This document shows positions 42,899 through 57,189 of a DNA stretch of 64,000 nt, piece by piece. Location: assembly GCF_006345805.1 (NCBI RefSeq), contig NC_043012.1:33356001-33420000 (forward strand). Reading direction: 5' to 3'. Every line of letters begins with the position of its first letter. Position 1 is the stretch's first letter. A program made the position numbers and the translations under genes. A model generated the notes under the pieces. That model had not been told where the DNA came from, searched no databases, and saw nothing but the letters and a program-made list of their open reading frames with translations. This DNA is from Octopus sinensis (lineage: Eukaryota).

Positions 42899-44554
42899 TA
42901 TATATATCAATCACCATCTCTAGCGCACAGTTATGGCAAATATCAAGAGTGGTCTATTCTATGATAGAAATTGGTCATGCTCAAATTGTTTTTCTTTTTT
43001 CCTCCCTTTTGTCTTGTCTTTTCTTTCATTTCCTTTATCTTGAAAAGATCAATGACTAAATTTTTGTTCTATTTTGTATTTCTCCAATTTTATACGTTAT
43101 CATTAGTCTTCGTCGTCGTCACTTTTGTTGTTGTTGTTCTAGTTGTTGTTGTTGTTAGTCATTTGGTGCAGAATACAGTTAACCTCTTGACACTTGAAAT
43201 GTAGTCACTCGAAATATTTTAATGAACCTTTCATTTTGATTAGTGTCAGTGTCATTTCTACGATAGACTATAATATTGCTTTCCATATTAATTGCGCTCT
43301 ACTTTGCTCAGTCAGCCACGCTCACTTTCCCGCTTGCTCTCCTACGCCTTCCTTTCCTCGCTTACTATTTCACTCACTCATTCCTCCACTCACTTTTGAA
43401 CCTATATTTCCAAGCAGAAGAAATGAACTTTGTTTTTCCATGGTTGATTTTTCTCAAGGGTCTGAATTTCGCAACAATTTGCGCAAAGGTCTTCGGATCT
43501 GCGCTTTTTTCTTTTCCTCTTTTTTTTATTCCCAGGAAGATTGGGTGGAGTCTTTTCTTGCAATATAAACCGGTGGAAAAAATTTCTTCATTTTATTTCT
43601 TATTTTTTTCTTTTCTTTTCTTTAAATGACTTTCTTACAGAAAGGAAACCAGCACCAATAACCTTTGCTAGGAACAAGGGGAGGGGGGAGGGCGAGCTGG
43701 CAGATTCGTTATTGCGCCGAACAAAATGCTTAATGGCATTTCGTCCGTCTTTATGTTCCGGGTTCAAATTCCACCGAGCCTGACTTTGCCTTTCATCCCT
43801 TCGAGGTCGATGTTGCTGTTGTTAGTTATTTAGTGCAGAATACAGTTGACTTCCTGACACTTGGAATGTAACACTAGGGGTCGATGTAATCGGCTTACAC
43901 CCTCCCCTAAACTGTTGGCCTCGTGCCAAAATTTGAAACCTTTGTCAGGAAACCTGAGGATAGAGAAATGATAGAAGAAAGCTCAGACCAGAATGGGTTC
44001 TGTTAAAGAGGGCCAATGACCAAGTTGTTATGATAAACAGGGCGATGGATGAACACGCCATGAAAGGGCTTTGTAATGTACTCGATAAAAGGTCACATGA
44101 CAAGTGATAGAGAATTAGGTTCAAGACCAGGCTTTGGCTGTTCTTCTACTAGATTTATATTTTCTGGAAGATGAAGAAATCAGTAGAACTTTAAATAAAA
44201 TAAATTGTCGTTCATGGTGACATTGTTTAATTTTTGAAAACGATTCAGGTCAACTTTGCCTTTCATATTTCTGACCTTGATGAAATAGATACCAATTTAC
44301 AAGAAGTACTGGGGTCAATATAATTGATTAAACACTCCAAGGTGATGTTCCAGCGTGGCCACACTGAAATGATTCTAGAAATTTGCTTCCCAACAGGGCC
44401 TGGTACATTGAGTAAATATCTTTTATGACACCTTTAGGCTACTACATATGTATGCATGTATGTATGCATGTATGTATGCATGTATGCACGTATGCTACTA
44501 CAGTGATTTCTGAGTAAAACCAGCAAATGTAAAGTAAATAGCATTCGGTCGATG

Positions 44555-45050
44555 TATACACACGCACACATACATACATACATACATACATACATACATA
44601 CATACATACATGCATACATACATACATACATACATGCATACATGCATACATACATACATACATACATACATACATACATGCATACATGCATACATACATG
44701 CATACATACATACATACATGCATACATACATACATACATACATACATACATACATGCATACATACATGCAACATACATACATACATACATACATACACAC
44801 ATACATGCATACATGCATACTACATACATACATACATACATACATACATGCATACATAGATGCATGCATACATGCATACATACATACATGCATACATGCA
44901 TACATACATGCATACATACATACATACTTACATACATGCATACATGCATACATACATACATGCATACATACATACATACATGCATACATGCATACATACA
45001 TACATACATACATACATACACACATACATACATACATACATACATACATA
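44555..45050. repeat. (ACAT)n/(GCAT) compound tetranucleotide array
   Basis: Source of the MYVC/HTYI pseudo-ORFs. Confidence 0.97.
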
Positions 45051-46611
45051 AAAAGTATCAAAGGTCCTTCCTTTGCCAGAGGCTCCATAAGGTCGGTTTC
45101 CCTGATTCTGTGGCGAATAAACTCTCCCAGCCCTGGATTGAACACCGGTCCGTCGCATTCGTTTTTGCCAGCTGAGTGGCCTGGAGCAACGTCAAAGGAA
45201 TCTTGAACTCAAGAACACAACGCGTCACCCGGTCCAGGAATCGAAACTACAAACTTACGATCACGAGTGCACACTCTAACCACTAAGTCACGTACATCCC
45301 CCAGCCCAATGCATACATACACACTCACATACAAACATACATACATACATACATACACGCATACATACACACTCATGTATAAATTAAAATTGACGACTTC
45401 TCATTCAAGAATCAACACAAAGAACTAATTTTTTAACTAATAAAAAAGAAGAGGAAAAAAACGGGTGGTTGGGTGAAAAAAAGTTCGACGTCAAGATGAT
45501 AGTCTAAAAATGATAATGAGCAATCTTTTCAATGTTGCTATGGTTACATTAAATTCAAAATTTTGCTTTCCATTCAACAATAGTTATTAAAGTTATTTGA
45601 AATTCATCAATTTTGCTTCCGTTCATCCATTCAGCAATGACAAAACTAACTTAATTATAGAGCTTCAGTTAATTACCAGCTTCAAAAGAGCATTAATTTT
45701 TGTCTTCGTTTCTTCTTCTTTTAAAGTAAATGCAGTCTTAAGTGATATTTTGCTATAGCTTTGTAATATTACCAAATATTTCTGGAGCAGCCTTGTTGTT
45801 GTAATTGTTGTTGTTGTTAATACTACTAGCTGATAATTTCACCTAATTAAACAGGGTTATTCTGTTAGGCCGGCTATAGTACCTTCAACCCATCACACGT
45901 AAATATTGGTATGGAGCAAGATGAATGTGCAAGAAAGCTAAAAGATTCTAAAGAAAAAAAATGGAGAGATCCCAGATAATTAAGAAATGAATTGCCTGCC
46001 TAAACAACATATGAAATGTAAGCGAAGTGAATAAAAACTTACCTGTAATCAAAATTACCTTATAAATTCAGTTTCTACAAATAATATTTTTCTAATTTTG
46101 CCACGAGGCTATGAGTTTTTGAGGGGAGGGGCTAATCCGATTACATCGACGCAGTTCTGAACTGGTAATTATTTTAACGACCCAGAAAGAATGAAAGGTA
46201 AAATCGACCTCGGCATCATTTCAACTCAGAATATAAAGAATCGGAAGAAATGCTACTTAGCATTTTCCCCGGTACGGTACCAATTCTGCTAGCTCGCCGC
46301 CACCGCTCCAGAATGGCAAAGCCATCTCGGTTGGATTTGAATATCGATACTTAAAGATTAAGGCGGAATACCGCAAAGCATTTTGTCCAATGCTCTAACG
46401 ATACGCTACCATTTTATGGGAGAATATATATTTTTATGTATATATATAACAATAATTAAGGGTTTAGCAACAAATTGCTTAACCACATACCGAAAAATTT
46501 AGAAATAGCAGCCAAGAGACCGTTATTTCTTTTCGCTACAAAATATGACTCCATAGATAACACTCTCTGTATCACACAGGCAAAAAAAAAAAAAAGAAAG
46601 AACGGTCTTAT

Positions 46612-46825
46612 ATATATATAAAGTTAATCCAAACATGAAAATATAAAGAGAAAACACAACAACGCGAGGTCGTGGAACAAATATAGTATTATTGGACGCT
46701 CAGGAAGTAAGGGAAGAAGGAGGGTTTAACGTTTCGAGCGGAGCTCTTCGTCAGAAACATAGGAAAAGGAAAGATCTAGAGAAGGGAAGACGGGGGAAAA
46801 ATCGCCAACGGTACACACGCGGTCT
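46612..46825 (-). repeat. ~210-bp Penelope-type terminal-repeat-like element ending at (TA)n, carrying a hammerhead
   Basis: Layout: pyrimidine-rich leader, hammerhead, U-rich tail, (TA)n; similar layout at 56850-57065. Confidence 0.65.
46724..46758 (-). ncRNA. Minimal type I hammerhead ribozyme
   Basis: GUUU-CUGACGA-A-GAGC-UCC-GCUC-GAAA-CGU-U-AAAC; palindrome ACGU; GUU triplet. Confidence 0.8.
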
Positions 46826-47305
46826 GCAGCATAGATAACTTCATTGGTCCCATATACTAGGATGAAGTGAAGTACAACAGCAACCATAACAGCAGAGATA
46901 TAGTAACTGACTCGTTCTGACCAAATCCCCATTACTCGCCTCTGTAGTGGCGACCATCAGTATATCCATAGGTACAGAAAGAGACTGTACAGTGGTGAAT
47001 GGGTGATGGTATGTCTTGGCCACCATATATACCCTATACATGTCCTTCCTGTAGATTGGAATGTGTAACATAGTCTTCAGTCGGTAACGAGGAAGATTGC
47101 TCTGTGAGTGACGCACGTCGTTAGCTTGTGTATTATAAGATTTTGGGATGGGGATGCATAAAGATAACTGCCTGCCTGCAATATGTCTGCGGCGTTACGA
47201 CTGACTTGACAGTCAAGAGAAACTAGTTGGGTGTTATTGGAACATTATTAACTTGCAGATGATCATCATCCAGTGCACTGTAGCCATCAATGGTTGTTGA
47301 TATGA

Positions 47306-47760
47306 TACGAAGGTGTGCTGAAAAGTTACATCGACCCCAGTGTGTAACTTGTACTTATTTAATCGACCCCGAAGGGATGAAAGGCAAAGTTGCCCTCGGC
47401 GGAATTTGAACTCAGAACGTAGCGGCAGACGAAAAACCTATTTCTTTACTACCCACAAGGGGCTAAACACAGAGGGGACGAACAAGGACAGACACACGGA
47501 TTAAGTCGATTATATCGACCCCAGTGTGTAACTGGTACTTATTTAATCGACCCCGAAAGGATGAAAGGCAAAGTCGACCTCGGCGGAATTTGAACTCAGA
47601 ACGTAACGGCATATATACCCCTCTCAGATTCACACATTTATTGCAGCAGTCCTTAAGTTTTTCTAAGCCTTGTAAAAGCACTCGGAAAGTTGGGCCTCCA
47701 ACAAGGTTTTTCGCGATACCCTTAAAGGCAGGAACATTTCAGAAATCCCTCGTGCATTTA
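47306..47760 (-). mobile_element. mariner 3' end (C-terminal transposase plus TIR) interrupted by S3 SINE copies at 47328-47610
   Basis: LQGLEKLKDCCNKCVNLRGVY; TIR-like tacgaaggtgtgctgaaaagtt at 47306. Confidence 0.7.
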
Positions 47761-48498
47761 TAAGATTTTGGTTCGTGAGGAAACGCTCTGTAGCAAACAA
47801 AACTCCTTTTTCACCTGAGCAAATTGAAATGAATTGTCTTGACAAAGGACAGGTGATCTGCTTGGTCTGTGAGTCGAACCCACCGCGAGTTCCACGGTCT
47901 AACCACTGGGCCATGCACCTTCTGATTTGGAGACGAACAACAATACCTACTTGAGGGTCGCAGAATGCCTGATCAAGATTGACTTTGTGCTAAGTGTGCC
48001 ATGTGTGCTATAGGACCGTTGGACCAAGGCCAACCTGGAACCATACAACAACAACAACAACATCAACAACAAAGCCAAAGCAGAAAATTTTTTCACTGTT
48101 GCTCGGCCTGCTAGAAATAGCAACAAAATATGCTTCCTATATAAAAGACGCATTGTTTAACATATTTCTGGATACACAAATAAACGGAGAAGTACAGGAT
48201 GGCTATGGCTGGAAGGTCTTTGATCTTAGATTTGCACAGTTAGAGATGACTTGAGGTGAAACACCAATAATAACAACAGGAACAACAATGATTTTCATTC
48301 TTCTGGATCTGAATAACATGAAGCACCAATTAGCTATTGGGTATAATCGATTTTATAACATATAGGTGACCTTGTATCTTTGCAAGAAGTCGTGCATTTT
48401 AAAGGTGATAACGCACACACATACACACACACACACACTCATGTGTGTACGCACACTATGTATGTATTTATGTATGAAAGTATATAAATAGATCTATG

Positions 48499-48530
<32 letters not shown>

Positions 48531-48733
48531 CATATATCCGTAAAAGAAGCATGTGTGTATGTATGTATGTCTATAGGTATGTATGTATATATATATATAT
48601 AATATATATATATATAATATATATATATATAATGAATATATATATGTATTATATATATATGTATATATATATATATATATATGTATTTATGTATGTATGT
48701 ATGTATATATATGTATGTATGTATATATGTATG

Positions 48734-48767
<34 letters not shown>

Positions 48768-49789
48768 TGTATGTATGTATATATGTACGTATGTATGTAT
48801 ATATGTACGTATGTATGTATGTATGTATGTATGTATGTATGTATGTATGTATGTATGTGTAACGGCGGTGATGATGAATATAACTTCTTTCTTATCGATT
48901 CAAGAGAATCATTAAATAGTTAGAAGTTCACCTTCTTTCGTCAGTCGAACTTTTAGAATAACTTCTACAAATGTGATTATCTACCATGAGATTCTAGAAA
49001 AGCAATTTACCAATAAGCAATAAAAAAAAAAATACAAACTCAGAAGCAAAAACATACAAAAACCTCGAAAAAAAAATCAACAACAATAATAATGAGAACA
49101 ACAGCAGCAGCAGCAGCAGCAACAACAACAACAACCACATCAACAACAATAACAATAACAGCTGCACCAACATCGACAACCAATGACTGTGTTTGCTTAC
49201 TGCTTGGTCATTTGCTAATTTGAGATCAATAGCTGCTGGAGATTGAAACAATACCTCGTTCAATTGTTTTCTAATTAATGATGCATATATGTATGATTAG
49301 ACGTGTGTGTGGAGTTGAGTGTTTATGTGTCCATGTGTGTGTATATGTGTGTGAAAACAACGTCGACGTATAAGGCTTGAGATAAAGAAGAAAAAGAGAG
49401 AACTTTACGCTGAATGTAGAGTGAGATAATTCCTCAGATGCTGGAACTTCTCAAATCGCTACTCAGAGTCTCTCGGTGCCGATTATGAAAACCGAAACCT
49501 GAAATTCGGGCATCGTTAGTTGATTGGTTGACATAAAATTACAAATAATATAATTGGATAATGATGTAATTGCCGTATGTATGTCATTATTTTGTTTTAT
49601 TTCAAGATTTCTTGCCAATAATGAATGAGCCGGTTTCTAACCTAGATCCACGGTTCCTTCATTAGAATTTCAACATCAACAACAGAGTATTTTTGTATGT
49701 ATGTATTTATGTATATGTGCAGATTTGTAAGTTTTGTATTCTCATGCATATAGTTGCACGTCTAGACATGCTCACTTATACTTAAATGA

Positions 49790-50150
49790 CAAACTTCTGG
49801 AAAGTTTCACAGATTTTTACAGTTCTAGTGATGGTTTGAACCAGCAGTCTTCGAATCAGCTTTCTCCTTTTTCGTTTTCAGAAGCATAATTTTGCAAGAT
49901 TGGTATTTTGGCAGTGTATTATATATCCCAGTACCTTAATAATTACAAGTATAAACCTCAACTTGTAATCTGCATAGAATAGTTGTAGCTTCCTCTATAG
50001 TTCAGAGAAGGTATTTTGTTTTCCGCTGATCTTTAGCGTTATATCAACATTCGCTGGGAAGCTGATTCCCACAACTGTACATAATTTCACTTCTCCGTCC
50101 CAAATTACTATGTCAGGTCTATTATACTTAAATTTTATAGAAGTTTTTAC
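49790..50150 (-). pseudogene. RLE-type (R4-like) LINE endonuclease fragment, a further subfamily
   Basis: KYNRPDIVIWDGEVKLCTVVGISFPANVDITLK...KLQLFYADYKLRFILVIIKVLG. Confidence 0.75.
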
Positions 50151-50651
50151 TGGGACATTTCATGTATGTATGTATGTATGTATGTATGTATGTATGTATG
50201 TATGTATGTATGTATGTATGTATGTATGTATGTATGTATGTATGCATGCATGTATTATATATGCATTATGTATGTACATATGTATTTATGTATGTCATTC
50301 AGTTTATTTCAAGGGCTGTGTGGTAAGTAGCTTACTTCCCAACCACATGGTTCCGGGTTCTTGATATCAGCTTCATGTCAATCCTGATAGAGCTGGTGTA
50401 TGATCAAAAACATCCCAACCGTGACCTTACTTTCATTCGGTATACTTAGATGGACGTTATCAAAAATAATCTTCCTTTTGAAGAAGGTGGGGATGCTATC
50501 TAAATGATTTAGGTTGCTATTTCTAGCAAGTCGAGTGACCATGTAATATCTTGCACAGGACTCATCGGCTAATATTAGAAATCAAATCAATTTACTATAT
50601 CTGTCTCCTTCTACAAAGTTTTGGATTTTCTGCCAAAAATAGGGGAAACTT

Positions 50652-50880
50652 ATTTCTTTACTACCCACAAGGGGCTAAACACAGAGGGGACAAACAAGGA
50701 CAGACAAACGGATTAAGTCGATTACATTGACCCCCAGTGCGTAACTGGTACTTAATTTATCAACCTCGAAAGGATGAAAGGCAAAGTCGACCTCGGCGGA
50801 ATTTGAACTCAGAACGTAACGGCAGACGATATACAGCTACGCATTTCGCCCGGCGTGCTAACGATTCTGCCAGCTCGTCA
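50652..50880 (-). mobile_element. S3 SINE, full length
   Basis: Reverse complement of gagctggcagaatcgttagcacgccgggcg...gccgaggtcgactttgcctttcatcctttcgagg...gtgggtagtaaagaaata. Confidence 0.85.
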
Positions 50881-50991
50881 ACTGCAATAGTGAAGTGGTC
50901 AACGACACGACAATACCAGTTTACTAGAGCGACTCTTCCTAATCACTTGACATACTAGACAAAGCAGCTAAATATCAACATTCTTTTGTTT

Positions 50992-51436
50992 TTTACTTGT
51001 TTCTGTCATTGGAGTGCGGTCGTGCTGGAGCACCTCCTCAAGGGGTTTTTAGTCGAACAAATCGACCCCAAGATTTATTCTTTGTAAGCCTAGTACATAT
51101 TCTGTCCATCTCTTTTGCCGAACCACTAAGTAACGGGAACATAAACACACCAGCATCGGTTGCCAAGAGATGGTCTATGTGGGGAAACAAACACAGTCAC
51201 AAACACACACATACACACACGCACACGCATACATACACACACACACGCGCGCGCGTGCGCACACACACATATATATATATATATATGATGGTTTTCTTTC
51301 AGTTTCCAAATCGACTCACAAGGCTTTGGTCGACTCGAGGCTATAGTAGAAGACACTTACCCAAGGTACCTGCAATGGGGCTGAACCCGAAACCATGCGG
51401 TTGGGAAGCAAGCTTCTTACCACACAGCCACGCCTG
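50992..51436 (-). mobile_element. S1 SINE
   Basis: Reverse complement of the S1 head and tail. Confidence 0.8.
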
Positions 51437-52422
51437 CGTCAAATCTTAACATCTTAAAAGAAGGTACGACACATTGGATAGTGTAGTCAGAGAAACACCA
51501 TGACTGAATGAAAAAAATACCTGATGGTCACAGCTGGAACGCCGTTGGCTATAGGTCTGATCTGCATCAGAATAGAGCTGAGGCTTAAGAACAACAACAG
51601 CAACAACAACAACAACAACAACATGCATTAATAGCAGAATAGTGAAAAAGACAAAGGGACAAGAGCTGCTTGAGACTGCATGTTCATGCGCATGCGTGTG
51701 CACTGTGTGCGTGCGCGTGCGTATCAGTGTATGCGCGTGCGTGTGAATCAGGAGGGGGTCCAAGAAAATGGTTCAGCGCCATTCTAAGAGAAAGCTGACG
51801 AGAAATCAGTTTGTTTTCTCTATTCAATGCTAAGAAGAAATTATTCCCTATTATACAAGAATCGACTAAATAGAATATGATTCTGGGGGGTAAGAGTGGG
51901 GGAGATAGATTCCAGTTGAAAGGAAATACATAATTTTGGTAAGCATCCGTTGACAATGGCAGTAAGAACTACCACAGCGCAAAGATTTTCTAGAATATAA
52001 AGTATATAGGAGTGCGCGTGATTTTATACAAACACATGCACACACCCATACATACATACACACACGTACGTACATACATACATACTACATACATACATAC
52101 ATACATACATACATACATACATACGTACGTACGTACATACATACATGCATACATACGTACGTACATTATTTATGTGTCTAATTATTATAATCTCTCGAGA
52201 GCCAATTAATATTATCGAACGGCTTCATGCCGAAATGAATCCAGAAATGCAAATGTAAAATTAGCTCACACACACACACACACACATACACACACACACA
52301 CACCACACACACACACAACACACACACTCACATACACACAAACACACACACAATCACACACATATACATGCATGTATGTATATATATTATATATATATAT
52401 ATACTCACGTGTGTGTATATGA

Positions 52423-52485
<63 letters not shown>

Positions 52486-52516
52486 CATACATACATGCAT
52501 AAATGCATATACACAC

Positions 52517-52576
<60 letters not shown>

Positions 52577-53108
52577 TCACATATCATACATACATACATA
52601 CATATATACATACATACATAAATGCATATACACACGTATACAGTACAAGATCATGCATGCGTAAATATATTTTTGTATCCAGCTCCATATTCATGTGTAT
52701 GAGAGTGTGTGCGCGCGCGTATACGATTGTGTATGGGTGTATGTATTATGTGTGGGATAGGACTTCGATAAATTGAGTTTATCGACTGTCAATTAGTAGA
52801 GAAAATATGTCCTCAAGGGATTTTAAAATGTAAATATGAATACGACCAACACTTTCCCACAAAGAAGATTTTACTGATCTTACTGAAGTTTCCTTTCCTG
52901 ATCTGGTGTTAAATTTTCAGTTTTAAGGATTCCTAATTTTTGTAAGCTAATTACTAAAATGATCTGCGTTAATCAAACTGTTTCACCTTGCTAAATTACA
53001 TAAGTGAGACCGTTCTGAATCCTATTTAACCACTACCGTTTTTGCATGCACACTGATGCTCTTCTCAGGTATTTTATCTGTCATATTAATTGGTATACAT
53101 ATATATGT

Positions 53109-53631
53109 AGGAGATGCCGTGTGGTAAGATGCTTACTTCCAAACCACATGGTTCCGGGTTCAGTCCCACTACGTGGCACATTGGGCAAGTGTCTTCTACT
53201 GTAGCCTCGGGCCGACCAAAGCCTTGTGAGTGGATTTGGAAACTGAAAGTAGCCCGTCGTATATATATATACTCTTTTACTCTTTTACTCTTTTACTTGT
53301 TTCAGTCATTTGACTGCGGCCATGCTGGAGCACCGCCTTTAGTCGAGCAAATCGACCCCGGGACTTATTCTTTTGTAAGCCCAGTACTTATTCTATCGGT
53401 CTCTTTTTGCCGAACCGCTAAGTGACGGGGACGTAAACACACCAGCATTGGTTGTCAAGCAATGCTGGGGAACAAACACAGACACACAAACACACACACA
53501 CATATATATATATACGACAGGCTTCTTTCAGTTTCCGTCTACTAAATCCACTCACAAGGCATTGGTCGGCCCGGGGCTATAGCAGAAGACACTTGCCCAA
53601 GATGCCACGCAGTGGGACTGAACCCGGAAAC

Positions 53632-53671
<40 letters not shown>

Positions 53672-53915
53672 GTGTGGTGTGGTGTGTGTGTGTGTGTGTG
53701 GTGTGTGTGTGGTGTGTATTGTGTGTATGCATTTGTGTGTCTGTGTTAAGAACCGATGTTGGTACGTTTACGTCCCTGAAATTTAGCGGTTCGTTAAAAG
53801 AACCGATACAAGAAGTACTAGGCTTACTAAGAATAAGTCCTTGGGTTGATTTGTTCGACTAAAGGCGGTGCTCCAGCATGGCCGCAGTCAAATGACTGAA
53901 ACAAATAAAAGAATA
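53109..53915 (+). mobile_element. S1 SINE split at its internal (TA)n by an antisense S1 copy (53271-53632)
   Basis: 5' half, (TA)n, inverted S1 from tail to near head, (TA)n(TG)n, then the 3' half of the host. Confidence 0.88.
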
Positions 53916-54429
53916 AAAGCATAAAAGAAAGAATATATATATATGTATCAAATATCACTTCGGTGACCGACGCTGAGTAGCTCATTCAAACATAAAAAAA
54001 ATGAAAATAAAATGAGTGATTTACAAATGTAAATAATTAGATATAAATAATATACATAAATATAAAGAAAAGCAAAAGATATGCAATTGAAAGATATAAA
54101 GATTTAAATATATATACAAGTAAAAATATACATATTTATACATATAAGAAATATATACGTATTTACAGATATTTTGTTAAATGACCGTGTGTAAGTATGT
54201 GGTTTGTGGGGTCGACCACATCCTCCGCTTCATTTTTTGTAAATCACTCATTCTCATTTAATTGTATATATTTTAATTGTTTATTCATACGTTTCGTCCA
54301 ATTCGATCGCCTGACCCCAATGTTTGTTTTGTCTGTCCTCGTATCGTCCCCTCTTTTTCTCAACCTATTGTGGTTAATAAAGAAATTGACTGTTCAGGAT
54401 TTCCACCACCCTTATTTTTCATCCCACAG

Positions 54430-55760
54430 GGTGTCCAACAACACCCTCCTCACCAAGCAAGCCTGGTGGGGTTGCCAGTTTAGTCACCGGCGATCCGGCC
54501 ATGCGACAGGCTGTTGTGGATTACATGTTACCGGAAGTACTCAAGAGCGGCCTGACATACAGACCTGACTTTATAGAGTGTTTGAGTGTCGGTTTGGTAT
54601 CTGGAATGGGATAGCTTACCTCATGGGCAGGTAGAAGCTCTTTAACTTTGGTTAGTAATCTACTTAGGAGAAGGGGCAAAGAGCTGGACTGACCATCATC
54701 TAGTGCGTGGAAAAATAGATTTTTCGATAATGCCTAAAAGTCGACAGTCTGGTCCTAAGGTACCCAAAACTTAAATGTTGCAAACTTTAAATTATCAAGC
54801 AGCTTGCAAAGATTCCACAATGCTATAGAAAGTATCAACCTTGACCCAAACAATCTATGGGAAGATTTCAAAACAAAAGTATTTCAGGTCGCAAGTTAGT
54901 CAGTGGGATTTAAATTACATAAGTCTAGTGACTGGTTCTCAGATAGATCAGCAGAAATGCATGATCTACTTTTAGAAAAACAAAACTTCGGCCATACACT
55001 TCTTTCTCAGTCCTTCAACCCCAACTCAAACGAAGCTTACAGAAAGCTGAAAAGGAAAGTGCAGATTGCTCCAAGGAGAAAGTAAATAGGAATGGTGGAA
55101 TGATAGAGCAAAAGGGGCACAAGAAGCAGCTGATAGAAATGATGCCAAGGGTTTGTACTCTTATGTTAAGGAGGTATATGGCCCAAAATCTTCTTCGATA
55201 GCTCCAGTCAGAACAGCATATGGATGTTTGCTTCTGACTGACACTGCTTCTATTCATAAGCGCTGGGTAGAATATTTTTCCTCACTTTTGAACAGACCAC
55301 CAGGACGATAGAAAAAATCGAACACCTTCCAGTTATAGAAGAGATGGCATTTGAACCAACCCTAAATGACATTTATTTAACTGTGAATAAGCTGAATAAC
55401 AATAAGTCTCCAGAGTCTGATGGAATCTGTGCAGAAGTCTTGAAATATGGGGATGACAAAATGTTTGAACTCTTGAATATATTAATTTGTCACTTTTGGA
55501 AAACTGAGAAAGTGCCTCAAGACTGAATTGATGCTGTTTTAGTCTCCTTGTATAAATCAGGGCCAATGGCTCTGTGTGGTAATTTTCATAGGATTTCGCT
55601 TTTGTCTGTGGTTGGAAAGGTACCTGCCTGCATTTTGTTAGAACGTTTAAATACCTTTATAGTTCCAAATGTAGTGTCTGAGTCTCAGTGTGATTTTCGT
55701 TCCTCCAGGGGCACAGCTGATTGTATCTTTACTATCAGACAAGTACAAGAAAAGTACCTA
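54430..55760 (+). pseudogene. RTE-clade LINE fragment (5' region, end of APE, start of RT)
   Basis: WTDHHLVRGK; NNKSPESDGICAEVLKYG; ISLLSVVGKV...ESQCDFRSSRGTADCIFTIRQVQEK. Confidence 0.85.
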
Positions 55761-55943
55761 TGTTTCAAAGGGCCAGCCATGTCACACTGTGTCGCGCCGA
55801 ATCTCCTTGACAACTACGTTAAGGGTACACATGTTTGTGCAGTGCTTACCCATATTCATGTTAATTCACGAGCAGGGTGTTCCGTTGATCAGATCAATTG
55901 GAACCCTTGTCGTCGTAACCACAGTGTGCAGTTATATATATAT

Positions 55944-55999
<56 letters not shown>

Positions 56000-56060
56000 A
56001 ATATATATATAATATATATGTGTGTGTGTGTGTGTGTGTGTAAGCAAAAAAAAGATCAAA

Positions 56061-56107
56061 TTTCGGTACAATTGTTTCGTACGAAGACCCGTACTCATCA
56101 GCCGAAA
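56061..56107 (-). ncRNA. Canonical type I hammerhead ribozyme, fully paired
   Basis: UUUCGG-CUGAUGA-GUACG-GGUCUU-CGUAC-GAAA-CAAUUGU-A-CCGAAA. 6-bp stem I, 5-bp stem II, palindrome ACAAUUGU, GUA triplet. Confidence 0.88.
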
Positions 56108-56375
56108 AAACATCTGAGTTCTCCAAACATCTAAGGGGGTGAGGCTACACTGCTGAAACATCAGGGATAGTTCTATAAAAATCAGATTTAGATAGTAAAC
56201 GGACTTCCAAAGTTCTTTAATGTTGCACAGTCATATAACAGTCTTAAAAAAGTATTAAAAAAACCTCTTAGTTTCACAGAAAATGAAAACGTAAATCTAT
56301 CCATAATGAAGTAGGTTTTATATATATATATAATATATATATATATATATTATATATATTATATATACACACAAC

Positions 56376-56429
<54 letters not shown>

Positions 56430-56436
56430 TATATAC

Positions 56437-56485
<49 letters not shown>

Positions 56486-56917
56486 TATATATATATTATA
56501 TTCATGTATGTATGGTATTACTTTATCACTTCCTTCTATGTAAAAGTGCATCACACGCATAGCATTACACATATTTTCATTTCAACTTCCATATTCTTCT
56601 TGCTTTTCTTTCCATTATACATCAACGCCTGCTCCCACATATCTGCATCCATGCTTTCCTTATACATACATAAAAATTACACAGACACACAACACATCAT
56701 ATACAACAACAACAACACACACACACACACTCTAACCTCAGCTACTACACTTCCCCATATGTTCAAATCCAAATACTTTTGCATTTGCACATGTACTCCT
56801 TACTTGTTGAATCCACCCCATCACCCCATGATAGAGCCGCATTTCTACGTGGATTGTAACCCTTCTCCATTTTCTCTCTCACTATTTCTTTCTCCCACCC
56901 TTCATACCCTTTTCTGT

Positions 56918-56955
56918 TTCTCCTGATGAAGGACTAAAGTCCGAAACGTTAGGAG
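56918..56955 (+). ncRNA. Minimal type I hammerhead ribozyme with weakened stem I
   Basis: UUCUC-CUGAUGA-A-GGAC-UAAA-GUCC-GAAA-CGU-U-AGGAG; C/A mismatch at the first stem I pair. Confidence 0.65.
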
Positions 56956-57145
56956 TCTTTCCTTTCCACTAAAGAGTTAAACTAATATAGTATTTGTTAA
57001 AGCCTGTCTTCCTGTATTGCCTTTTTATTTTGTCGTTTTTTTATTGTTCATACATAAATGTATATATATACATACATACACGCACATAAACATATACATA
57101 TGCGTATGCATACATACATGCATACACACATTCATAATTACAAAC

Positions 57146-57189
<44 letters not shown>

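Noticed and set aside
46830-47110. Possible decayed LINE endonuclease (FILVYGTNE) on the minus strand
   Set aside because: Similarity too weak to support without a profile search.
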